From: Callorhinchus milii
Taxonomy: Eukaryota
Assembly (NCBI RefSeq): GCF_018977255.1
Contig: NW_024704747.1
Span: forward strand, 21,762,001 to 21,826,000
DNA: 64,000 bases
Direction: 5' to 3'
Positions 1 through 9,225 of this stretch are shown one piece after another (the first letter of the stretch is position 1; each line of letters opens with the position of its first letter). A model generated the notes under the pieces. It was not told where the DNA came from, made no database searches, and saw only the letters and a program-made list of their open reading frames with translations. The translations under genes and the position numbers were made by a program.

Positions 1-744
1 GCAGCACCAGTCGCCATCCCTGATGAATCAGAAATTTTGCTGCTCGGGCTAAAGGCTGCTTTGCAAGTGCTTCGGATTCCTAACTGGCGTATTCAATTTC
101 TGGCTCGTGGATACAAATTGGGAACATCTCTCATCGAGAGAATGACAGGATTGAAAATTATACTGATAACTTGGGGATTTATTTGTGCGTTGGGCTAACA
201 ACTCATGTGCAAATGTGAACTTCTGTAGTTGAGAACCAGTGTAAAGAACTTTTATATTCTGAGGGGTTTATTTTGAGATTGTCTGACCTTGGGAGCCAAG
301 TGAACTGCATTCTCTTCTGCTCATTGAATTCACCTACCTTAGCTATGTGGGCTTACAATGCCAAAATCCTATTAAAAGCTTGTTTGTTCCCCTCTCCCCT
401 TACTTTCAGAGCAAACACACTTTGTTAAATATTCCCTGTAGCTGTGCAAAGTGCTTTAGACTAGAGTCCTAGACCATTAAGCCTGCGTCTAGAAAAACAC
501 AGTTTGCAGTTTATTTTACAAAAACTCTTGTGTACATAATTATAGATTGCACTAGCATAATTAGAACTTCTTAAAAACAGCTAAGCGTTTTTGCAGTAGA
601 CATTTACAACACAAACAGGCTGGCGAAAACCACCCGAAAAGAAAGTGAGACAGGTTTATTTTAGTGCTGTACAAAAGCTGTCAATAAATGTATGATGTAG
701 TGGAGAGGTAATTTGTCATCATCAGAATATAAATAATAATAACA

Positions 745-985
745 ATCATAATCCTATCATTTAATAGAGCACCTTTCAAGGCAGAGACAAGCACCTCAAA
801 GCAGGATTTACTGTAAAGTGCAGTGACTGTATTTTGAGGTGAATACACATCCAATTTGCACACAGCAATGTCCCCACAAACAGCCATGAAGCAAATGAAC
901 AATTCCATTTTGGGAACTGTTGGCCAGGACACTGGGCAAAACACCCAATGATTTGAAAAATAACTCCAGATATTATAGTGAGAGA
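745..985 (-). mobile_element. Deu-domain SINE fragment with L2-type tail
   Basis: Reverse complement contains GGCTGTTTGTGGGGACATTGCTGTGTGCAAATTGG and ends in a degenerate stem-loop and (ATT)-rich tail. Confidence 0.7.
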
Positions 986-1419
986 ATGAGGAAATCTCCA
1001 TGGCATATTAAACACAAACAATTATTGTCACCACTCACAAACTACATCGAGCTAAAGCATAATTCCATTCGTAATTTGGTAATTATTTTTTTTCAATGAT
1101 TTATTCAAAAATGACAGAGACTAATGAATGATTCAGACTAAAAGTTTGCCATTGTACAAGTAACTGGGATAAATAGATGTAGTAAATTTACAACAATATT
1201 GCTCATAATAATGAGTTTACAAATCATTGTTTGTATTGAAATAGAGATTATTTTGTATTTAAATACAAAGGGTTTCGCATGAATTTAACTTGAGTGGATA
1301 AACAGACTCTTGTGTTCCCATCTACATGAAAGAGAAAGACATGACTGTTTCTCTTTTCTCCTCTTTTCTGCCTGTTCTGGATGTTGAACACTTTTCAGGA
1401 GGATGACACTGAGTTCAAA

Positions 1420-1680
1420 AATACAGCACAGAAATCCATTTGGCCCATTATATCTGTACTGGCTCTTTGAAAGAGCAAACCATTTAGTCCCTTTTATCTA
1501 CCTTCTCCCTGTAGCCCTTCACATTTGCAGCACAGAAGAAGGTCATTTGGCCCATCATGTCTATGCAGGCTCTTTGAAAAAGCAAACTGTTCAGTCCCAT
1601 TTATTTGGCTTTTACTGCTACACTTTTTAGTTATCTATTCAGTTCCCTCTTGAGAGCTAAAGTGGATTCTGCCTCAACCA
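1420..1680 (-). mobile_element. Degenerate CR1 3' fragment(s)
   Basis: Duplicated CATTTGGCCCAT...GGCTCTTTGAAA segment, the reverse complement of a CR1-type tail. Similar to 28735-28820. Confidence 0.5.
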
Positions 1681-2022
1681 TCGGACCCAGCAGGAAATCC
1701 TCCAGGTGAATTGACCATTCAACTCCTGTCTGTTGGTGGGACCTTGTTGTTGCAAATAGCTGTGGCTTTTGCCTGCAAGGAGTTGCTGCACTTGACAGTA
1801 CTTACTTATGAAGAGCTATCAGATGTTTCAGTGTTCTCCGTGCTATAAGCAAATGCAAGGATTATTATTAGTCAGTTTAGTCATGAGACTATGGAATGGT
1901 GTGACTGAAAGGATTAATAGCACTGTTCTGCCATCTTCCCAGAGAAAAGGATTCACTCACTCTCAGTCATTTCGCCCTACTTTGCTCTAACAACAACAAC
2001 AACAACAAGATTCCATTTATAG

Positions 2023-2058
2023 AGCGCCTTTCACGTCAGGAGGACGTCCCAAGGCGCT
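2023..2058 (-). other. L2 3' stem-loop (putative RT recognition signal)
   Basis: Sense AGCGCCTT-GGG-ACGTC-CTCCT-GACGT-GA-AAGGCGCT just upstream of the microsatellite tail. L2 LINEs are known to need a 3' stem-loop for retrotransposition. Confidence 0.85.
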
Positions 2059-2144
2059 GCACAGTTGGGTCATGACCCGAGCAGGGGGGAAATGGTCAGG
2101 GTGAGGGGAGGGAAGGGAGGGAGAGAGAGAGGAGGGGGAAATGG

Positions 2145-5100
2145 TCAGGGTGAGGGGAGGGAAGGGAGGGAGCGAGGAGGAGGAAGAGAGTCGAGAGGGG
2201 AGCTGAAGGCACGGTCAAAGAGAAAGGTTTTGAGACCGGCCTTGAAGGAGGAAAGGGAGGAAGCAAGGCGAAGGCACTGGGGGATGGAGTTCCAGAGCCT
2301 CGGGGCTGAGAGGCTGAAGGCCCGACCACCGATAGTAGGGCGGTTGGGGCGGGGGACGTGGAGCAGACCGGAGCCAGAGGAACGGAGGGTACGGGCAGGT
2401 AGGTAGGGGGATAGTAGGTTGGAGAGGTAGGAGGGAGCAAGGCCGTGAATGGCCTTGTAGGTGAGGATGAGGATCTTGAAATCAATCCTCTGGGGGATGG
2501 GGAGCCAGTGGAGGCGAGCGAGGGTGGGAGTGATGTGGTCCCGAAGCCTGGTGCGGGACAGTACACGAGCTGCAGAGTTCTGAATGACCTGCAGCTTGTG
2601 GAGGGAGGTGGCGGGAAGGCCGGCGAGGAGAGAGTTCCCATAGTCCAGCCTTGAGGTGACAAAGGCGTGAACCAGGGTTTCAGCAGCGTGAGGGGTGAGG
2701 TAGTGCCGTAGTCTGGCGATATTCCGGAGGTGATGGAAGGCGGTGCCAGTTGTGGTGCGGATGTGAGGGAGAAAGGACAGCTCAGGGTCGAACAAAACGC
2801 CGAGGTTCCTGACTGGCTTTGAGAGGTGGAGAGTGCAGCCTTGGATGCTGATGGTGTCAGCGCCTGAGGTGCGGAGGCGCTGACGTGAGCCAATCAGGAG
2901 GGCCTCGGTTTTTTGCACGTTGAGCTGAAGAAAGTTGTCTCTCGTCCAGGACTCGATGTCGGACAGGCAGGCTGTCAGGACATCGGTGGTCGTGGAGTTG
3001 AGAGTAGAGGAGGAAAGGTAGAGTTGGGTGTCATCCGCATACATGTGGAAGTTAACCCCATGTTTGCGGATGATGTCACCAAGGGGGAGCATATAGAGGG
3101 TGAAGAGGAGGGGACCGAGGACAGAGCCCTGAGGGACACCACATGAGACAGTACGGGGGGTGGAGGAGAAGCCATTCGTTGAGACGAAGTGAAGACGGTG
3201 AGAAAGGTACGACCTAAACCATTCAAGGACAGTGCCTTGAAGGTTGAGGTGGGAGGACAAGCGGTGGAGTAGGATAGTGTGGTCGACCGTATCGAATGCT
3301 GCCGATAGGTCGAGGAGGACGAGGAGACAGAGGGAGCCCTGGTCACAGATGGTCAGGATATCATTGGTGACCTTGACCAGGGCAGTTTCTGTGCTATGAG
3401 CAGCACGGAAACCTGACTGAAGGGGTTCAAAAAGAGAATGGGTGGAGAGGAAAGAGCGCAGTTGGGAGGCGACAACTCTTTCCAAGACCTTGGAGAGAAA
3501 GGGGAGGTTGGAGATGGGCCGGTAGCTTGATAGCTGCGACGCATCAAGGGAGGGTTTTTTCAGGGTGGGCGTGATGATGGCAGTTTTTAATGGAATGGGG
3601 ACAGAGCCAGAGGAGAGGGACAGGTTTATGATGTCAGTGATGTGTGGGGCAAGAAAATGGAGCTGGGAGATAAGGAGTGGAGTGGGGATGGGGTCAAGGG
3701 AGCAGGTGGTTGGTTTTAGGGATAGGATGAGTTCAGTGACAGAGGGTGGGGAAACGGGTACGAAGGTGTGTAGGGGAGGATGGGTAGGAGTCGGAGTGTG
3801 GGAGGGAAGGGGTGGGTGGTGGGTGGAAGTTGGAGGGGAAGTGACCGCGGAGCGGATTCCCTTGATCTTGGATTCAAGGAAATCCAGCATCTCCTCGCAG
3901 TGAAGGTTGGAGGAGATGACCTGCGCGGGGTGGCGGGGGGGACGGAGGAGTCGGGATGTGGTGGAAAACAGTAGCCTGGGGTTGTTCTTCGCCTCCAGGA
4001 TTATCCTGGAGTAGAAGGACGACTTGGCCGAGGCTAGAGTGGAGCGGTAAATTTTGAGGAGGTCCAGCCAGATTTGTCGGTGGACCGTTAAGCCGGATTT
4101 GACAAAGGTGCGCTCAGCAGCCCGCACCTGGCATTTCAGTGAGCGGAGGTGGGTGGTGTACCAGGGGGAGGAGCGGGAGTAGGAGACAGTGCGGGAAGTG
4201 ATGGGGGCAAGAGTATCGAGTGTGGAGGAGAGGATATTGTGGAGGAGGGAGAGAGGAGAAGAGGGGTCGGTGAGGGTTGAAGGCCAGAGGGAGAGGAGTT
4301 CAGAGGACTCCAAGGCATCGGTTAGGGATTGTGGGGGTAACTTCTTCCAAGGGCGGTAGAAGATGGTGGTGGGTCTGGTGGAGGTGGGGAGGGGGGTGGA
4401 GGTGGTGAAGGAGATGAAGTAGTGGTCGGAGATGGCCTTGTCGGTAATAGTGACATCCGAGACACTGAGGCCCCGGGTGATCACCAAATCGAGTGGGTGG
4501 CCGTGACTGTGAGTGGGGGAGTTTATGTGTAGGGAAAGGTTGAGTGAGGAGAGCAGGGAAGAGAAGTCTGTGGAGATGGAGCAGGAGGGGGTGAAGTGTA
4601 GGTTAAAGTCGCCCAGGATGATGAGGCGATCGGAGCAGAGGCAAAGAGATGTGAGGAGTGTTGAAATGTCAGAGATGAAGGTGGGAGAGGTTTTAGGGGG
4701 CCGGTAGAGGAGGAGGATTTTAAGGGAGAGGAATGAGGGGTGGGAGAGGGTGAGGTGCTCGAAGGAGGGGAAAGAGCCAGTGGAGTAGGGGGAGAGGGCA
4801 AGTGGTGTCCTTGAGATAAGGGCAACACCACCGCCACGGCGGTTGGGGCGGGGGATGTGGTGGGAGGTGTAGCCGGGTGGCGTGGCCTCCGTGAGGGGGA
4901 AGGTGTCGCCTGGGGTGAGCCACGTTTCTGTCAAGGCCATGATATCAACGTTCTCATCAAGGATGAGATCGTTGATGACCAGGGCCTTGTTGCAGAGGGA
5001 GCGGACATTTTGCAGTCCGATGTGGAGGGAGCGGTTGACAGAAGGGTGTGTGGGAGGGGAGGGGGGTCCAGGTTGTGAGGCAGGGGTGGGGGAGATGGGG

Positions 5101-5417
5101 ATGAGGGAGGAGAGGTTGACTCCCCGGGTCTGTGTCCGGGGTGGCTGGCGAGAGTGGTGGGGAATGGGGCAGTCGGTGTGGCTGCTGCTGGACAGCCAAC
5201 GCCGAGTGCCACGGTGAGCCCGGCGGAGGATTCCCAGACTGGAACAGAGGGAGGTTGTGGGAGGGTCAAGTGGGGATAGAAGACGAGAGGGACGGAGAGA
5301 GAGGAGGACAGAGCGAGAGAGATGCAGAGGGGGGAGGGTTTGGGGGGAGAGAGGAGGGGGGCGGGAGGGAGGGGGTGAGGGAGGGGGTGAGGGGGCTCGG
5401 GTCAAAGCGGCAGCCAT
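2145..5417 (-). CDS. L2 LINE endonuclease-reverse transcriptase (APE + RT), 1090 aa from ATG at 5417 (the ORF track starts at GTG 5426)
   Basis: APE motifs [39 protein letters not shown] motifs [48 protein letters not shown]2-type C-terminus with [10 protein letters not shown] and [16 protein letters not shown] in strong Kozak context (actATGG). Confidence 0.96.
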   Translation of the reverse strand: MAAALTRAPSPPPSPPPSRPPPLSPQTLPPLHLSRSVLLSLRPSRLLSPLDPPTTSLCSSLGILRRAHRGTRRWLSSSSHTDCPIPHHSRQPPRTQTRGVNLSSLIPISPTPASQPGPPSPPTHPSVNRSLHIGLQNVRSLCNKALVINDLILDENVDIMALTETWLTPGDTFPLTEATPPGYTSHHIPRPNRRGGGVALISRTPLALSPYSTGSFPSFEHLTLSHPSFLSLKILLLYRPPKTSPTFISDISTLLTSLCLCSDRLIILGDFNLHFTPSCSISTDFSSLLSSLNLSLHINSPTHSHGHPLDLVITRGLSVSDVTITDKAISDHYFISFTTSTPLPTSTRPTTIFYRPWKKLPPQSLTDALESSELLSLWPSTLTDPSSPLSLLHNILSSTLDTLAPITSRTVSYSRSSPWYTTHLRSLKCQVRAAERTFVKSGLTVHRQIWLDLLKIYRSTLASAKSSFYSRIILEAKNNPRLLFSTTSRLLRPPRHPAQVISSNLHCEEMLDFLESKIKGIRSAVTSPPTSTHHPPLPSHTPTPTHPPLHTFVPVSPPSVTELILSLKPTTCSLDPIPTPLLISQLHFLAPHITDIINLSLSSGSVPIPLKTAIITPTLKKPSLDASQLSSYRPISNLPFLSKVLERVVASQLRSFLSTHSLFEPLQSGFRAAHSTETALVKVTNDILTICDQGSLCLLVLLDLSAAFDTVDHTILLHRLSSHLNLQGTVLEWFRSYLSHRLHFVSTNGFSSTPRTVSCGVPQGSVLGPLLFTLYMLPLGDIIRKHGVNFHMYADDTQLYLSSSTLNSTTTDVLTACLSDIESWTRDNFLQLNVQKTEALLIGSRQRLRTSGADTISIQGCTLHLSKPVRNLGVLFDPELSFLPHIRTTTGTAFHHLRNIARLRHYLTPHAAETLVHAFVTSRLDYGNSLLAGLPATSLHKLQVIQNSAARVLSRTRLRDHITPTLARLHWLPIPQRIDFKILILTYKAIHGLAPSYLSNLLSPYLPARTLRSSGSGLLHVPRPNRPTIGGRAFSLSAPRLWNSIPQCLRLASSLSSFKAGLKTFLFDRAFSSPLDSLPPPRSLPSLPSP

Positions 5418-5611
5418 AGTGCGCACGCGGGGACCGGGAGCGAGCGGTCAGGTGGATGGCATTATCCCGCAGATTGGGGCATCGAACCCAACAGGACCAT
5501 AGTGGGCTCTGATGTGAGCCCTGGGGGGGGGGGGCGCGGAGGGTTTTTTTTTTTGTTTTGTTTTTTTTTTTTTTTTTTTTTTGTGCGCGCGCACTCACCT
5601 GAAAACTAATC

Positions 5612-7066
5612 TATGACGTCGCAGTTCCCCCGCTCCGCCCCCACCCCTCCACTGCCTAGCTGCACTCGCTCCGGCGTCGAGTTTAAGTACCTGGGTCAGT
5701 AGGCCCAGGCTCCTCCCCGCGCTGTCCTGCTGCCGCTCCCCGACTGGCTGCACTCGCTCCGGCGTCGAGTTTAAGTACCTGGGTCAGTAGGCCCAGGCTC
5801 CTCCCCGCGCTGTCCTGCTGCCGCTCCCCGACTGGCTGCACTCGCTCCGGCGTCGAGTTTAAGTACCTGGGTCAGTAGGCCCAGGCTCCTCCCCGCGCTG
5901 TCCTGCTGCCGCTCCCCGACTGGCTGCACTCGCTCCGGCGTCGAGTTTAAGTACCTGGGTCAGTAGGCCCAGGCTCCTCCCCGCGCTGTCCTGCCGCCGC
6001 TCCCCGACTGGCTGCACTCGCTCCGGCGTCGAGTTTAAGTACCTGGGTCAGTAGGCCCAGGCTCCTCCCCGCGCTGTCCTGCTGCCGCTCCCCGACTGGC
6101 TGCACTCGCTCCGGCGTCGAGTTTAAGTACCTGGGTCAGTAGGCCCAGGCTCCTCCCCGCGCTGTCCTGCCGCCGCTCCCCGACTGGCTGCACTCGCTCC
6201 GGCGTCGAGTTTAAGTACCTGGGTCAGTAGGCCCAGGCTCCTCCCCGCGCTGTCCTGCTGCCGCTCCCCGACTGGCTGCACTCGCTCCGGCGTCGAGTTT
6301 AAGTACCTGGGTCAGTAGGCCCAGGCTCCTCCCCGCGCTGTCCTGCCGCCGCTCCCCGACTGGCTGCACTCGCTCCGGCGTCGAGTTTAAGTACCTGGGT
6401 CAGTAGGCCCAGGCTCCTCCCCGCGCTGTCCTGCTGCCGCTCCCCGACTGGCTGCACTCGCTCCGGCGTCGAGTTTAAGTACCTGGGTCAGTAGGCCCAG
6501 GCTCCTCCCCGCGCTGTCCTGCCGCCGCTCCCCGACTGGCTGCACTCGCTCCGGCGTCGAGTTTAAGTACCTGGGTCAGTAGGCCCAGGCTCCTCCCCGC
6601 GCTGTCCTGCCGCCGCTCCCCGACTGGCTGCACTCGCTCCGGCGTCGAGTTTAAGTACCTGGGTCAGTAGGCCCAGGCTCCTCCCCGCGCTGTCCTGCCG
6701 CCGCTCCCCGACTGGCTGCACTCGCTCCGGCGTCGAGTTTAAGTACCTGGGTCAGTAGGCCCAGGCTCCTCCCCGCGCTGTCCTGCTGCCGCTCCCCGAC
6801 TGGCTGCACTCGCTCCGGCGTCGAGTTTAAGTACCTGGGTCAGTAGGCCCAGGCTCCTCCCCGCGCTGTCCTGCTGCCGCTCCCCGACTGGCTGCACTCG
6901 CTCCGGCGTCGAGTTTAAGTACCTGGGTCAGTAGGCCCAGGCTCCTCCCCGCGCTGTCCTGCTGCCGCTCCCCGACTGGCTGCACTCGCTCCGGCGTCGA
7001 GTTTAAGTACCTGGGTCAGTAGGCCCAGGCTCCTCCCCGCGCTGTCCTGCTGCCGCTCCCCGACTG
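5612..7066 (-). promoter_or_regulatory. Putative Pol II promoter region of the L2 (monomer TATA-like + Inr-like motifs; proximal GC box and CRE-like site)
   Basis: Each sense monomer has GGGGAGGAGCC, TACTTAAA, and GCCAGT about 30 nt downstream. The unique proximal part has GGGGCGGAG (5633-5641) and GACGTCA (5614-5620). Function is inferred. Confidence 0.5.
5661..7066 (-). repeat. Tandem array of 16 x 88-bp CpG-rich monomers forming the LINE 5' end
   Basis: The unit TGCACTCGCT...CGACTGGC starts at 5661, 5749 ... 6981 (period 88). The only variation seen is one T/C site (ctgc[T/C]gccgc). Each unit has 8-9 CpG. Confidence 0.97.
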
Positions 7067-8984
7067 CTGCCGCTCTAATCGACCTAATTAGAAAAAGGAA
7101 CAGTTGACAAGGGAATTTATTTCATCTTGCAAAGGACACCTCCCATTGACCATGGGAGAAGCCCGTGGAACAGTCTGTCCCTATTAAAGGAGGGCAGGAT
7201 TCAAGCAGAACATGCTGAAGACAGTGATAAAATGGGGTGGAGGGAATTACAAAAATAAACTTATTTTGTTATCCTTTTCTATTTAAAAAAGTGGATACTG
7301 AGTCACAAACTTTCTTTATGAGAGTTCAGTTAAAAATACATATCTCAACCCAAGCTACACACTATCTTCCAAATTCCTTCAACAAGAGCAATATTGTTCT
7401 TAATAATAATAAGCATAATAATCCTTGCATTTGACATCTTATCATGTCTTCGACATGTCTCAATGAGCTTCACAAGATTCACCTAAAGTGTAGTTACTAT
7501 GTAGTTGTAGGCAAACAAGAGGCAGATGTGAGGGTTTTCAGAATTTGTATTTATTTGCATTAAACATACTGTATAATTCTGAAATGCTGCGCAAAGATAA
7601 ACCTGCAGAAGACCTGTTCATGTCAGAGACAAGATGGAGGTTTGCGTTTCTATTGGGAAGCTCAATTCAAGAACACAAAGAGACTAAGTGAGAAACTTCC
7701 AACTGCTAAATCTTCATGGCCTCAAAGATGAGACATCAAGGGAGGCTTCTGCTCTGCAATCTCCTTGTAACATGATGAAAACAGCCATTTTGTCTGACAA
7801 CCCATCTGGGCCTGTGGGGCTTGAATCAGTGAACTCTCGGAAGCTACTGTGGGTTGGCATTCATTTATCACTCTTTCTAAAGCAGCACAAGTGTTGACAG
7901 ATACAGATTGAATGCCAGCACTAAAAGGGATGTGCGATGTGATGCAAACGGTGACCGTTCAGCTGGTGTGGGGCCTTAGTGATTTAGACACACATTATGG
8001 TTTCCCAGATGTGTCATGTGGAGTGCATATGAGGGCCACCGTTTTGCTCGATCATTAATTTGTTACTCAAGTACCCTGCCACTGCCACTGTTGTTTGGCC
8101 ACGGTTCGCCTGGTTCAAATACAGCTCAAGTATCTGAGAGCACCGGGTGAACTGGAAAATAATTGTTACATTTTAAATTATGACAGCATTTTGCGCCCAT
8201 TTTATGGTTGCAATCATTTTAATTTGTAGGTGAGTCACCCCAAAAGACTCGTGAATTGTGGAAATACCCAATGGAAGCAATGAGGCCACTGATACATAAA
8301 AAAGCTATTGAGCGTTACACATAGTGTAATTATCAGTCACAAAGCTTCTGCTTGTAGTGTCGGGATTACCCTCTACCAATCTGTTTGTACATACCTTACC
8401 ATAGAGTTTATGTTGGTTAAGGACATGGGCTCTAGCTTTTATCTTCCACCTGTGCTCTCATTCCTTTTGTGGATCACTGAAATATAATTCAAATGAAACA
8501 TGTGATATATGCTTCTGGTTTCCATTCATCCCATAACAGAGTTCAACAAAAAGGATATCTACACATTTTTAAACATTCTTTCAAAAGCGATATGAGTGAC
8601 CAAAAACTTCAGACATTTCTGGATAAAAGGAAAAAAAGGTAATCTTTTAATACACCAGAGCAATTAGTTATTGAATTGAATTGAATACAAAGCTCTATAA
8701 GCTTCTTACCTAGCAAATGATAGGTGCTATTTATTTTCAGTAGAGAATTCTGCAAAGGTAAATTTGTTTTGCCTTTTATTGTAAGGTTTTGCAATTATGG
8801 TTGGATTTGGCCATTGTCCTCTATCTTTCCATTGTTTCACACTTGTTTCCAATAGACCAACCATTAAGTTTCAATCATTTTTAACTTTGAAATGCCCTGT
8901 CATCTGTTTTGGTTGCAGGTTTCCATTTGATATTGGACCTTATTAAAACTTCTCAAAGTGCTTAAAAGTAATTACTGTTCAAGT

Positions 8985-9225
8985 GTAGCAACTGTGTATT
9001 TTTAGGCAAACCTGGCAGAGGCAATTTGAGTACAGCAATTTCCCACAAAAACAGCCATGAGGTGAATGACCAATCTTTCTGGAAAAATCTGCCTTCACTT
9101 TTCGAACCATCTCACGAATGCTCACATGAACAAGTAGACAAGACTTTGGTTTAACGTTTAACGTTGAAGGACGACACCTCGACAATGCAGCACTACCCCA
9201 ACACTGTACTGGAGCCTAGGCTATG
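8985..9225 (-). mobile_element. Degenerate tRNA-head/Deu SINE
   Basis: GACGACACCTCGACAATGCAGCACTACCCCAACACTGTACTGGAG is the reverse complement of the SINE body at 25725-25790. Deu-like CCCACAAAAACAGCCATGA present. Confidence 0.65.

Larger units (their letters stand above)
1991..7071 (-). mobile_element. Full-length, apparently intact single-ORF L2-clade LINE (non-LTR retrotransposon)
   Basis: Uninterrupted APE+RT ORF. The 3' stem-loop (2023-2058) is followed by a (TTG)n tail (AAC repeats at about 1989-2007 on +). The 5' region is a tandem monomer array. Flanked by the direct repeat GCTCTAA at 1984-1990 and 7072-7078. Confidence 0.95.

Noticed and set aside
1-198. Open frame from the window edge (AAPVAIPDESEILLLGLK...)
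   Set aside because: No recognisable motif or splice context, and the length is compatible with chance.
2065-5598. Overlapping alternative-frame and antisense ORFs within the L2 (e.g. 2096-2893, 5266-5598)
   Set aside because: Low-complexity Pro/Ser- or Gly/Arg-rich translations caused by the strong C-rich strand bias. No domain motifs and no recognisable ORF1.
5661-7066. CRISPR-like array
   Set aside because: Units are head-to-tail identical with no unique spacers, there are no cas genes, and the context is a vertebrate LINE.
5661-7066. Hammerhead or other self-cleaving ribozyme in the 88-bp monomer
   Set aside because: No CUGANGA + GAAA core on either strand. I could only see short hairpins (CCTGGG/CCCAGG; ACTCG/CGAGT) and could not build an HDV-like pseudoknot by eye. 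An Infernal/Rfam scan would settle it.
8197-8206. CArG box CCATTTATGG
   Set aside because: A single 10-bp degenerate motif is expected by chance several times in 64 kb of AT-rich DNA.
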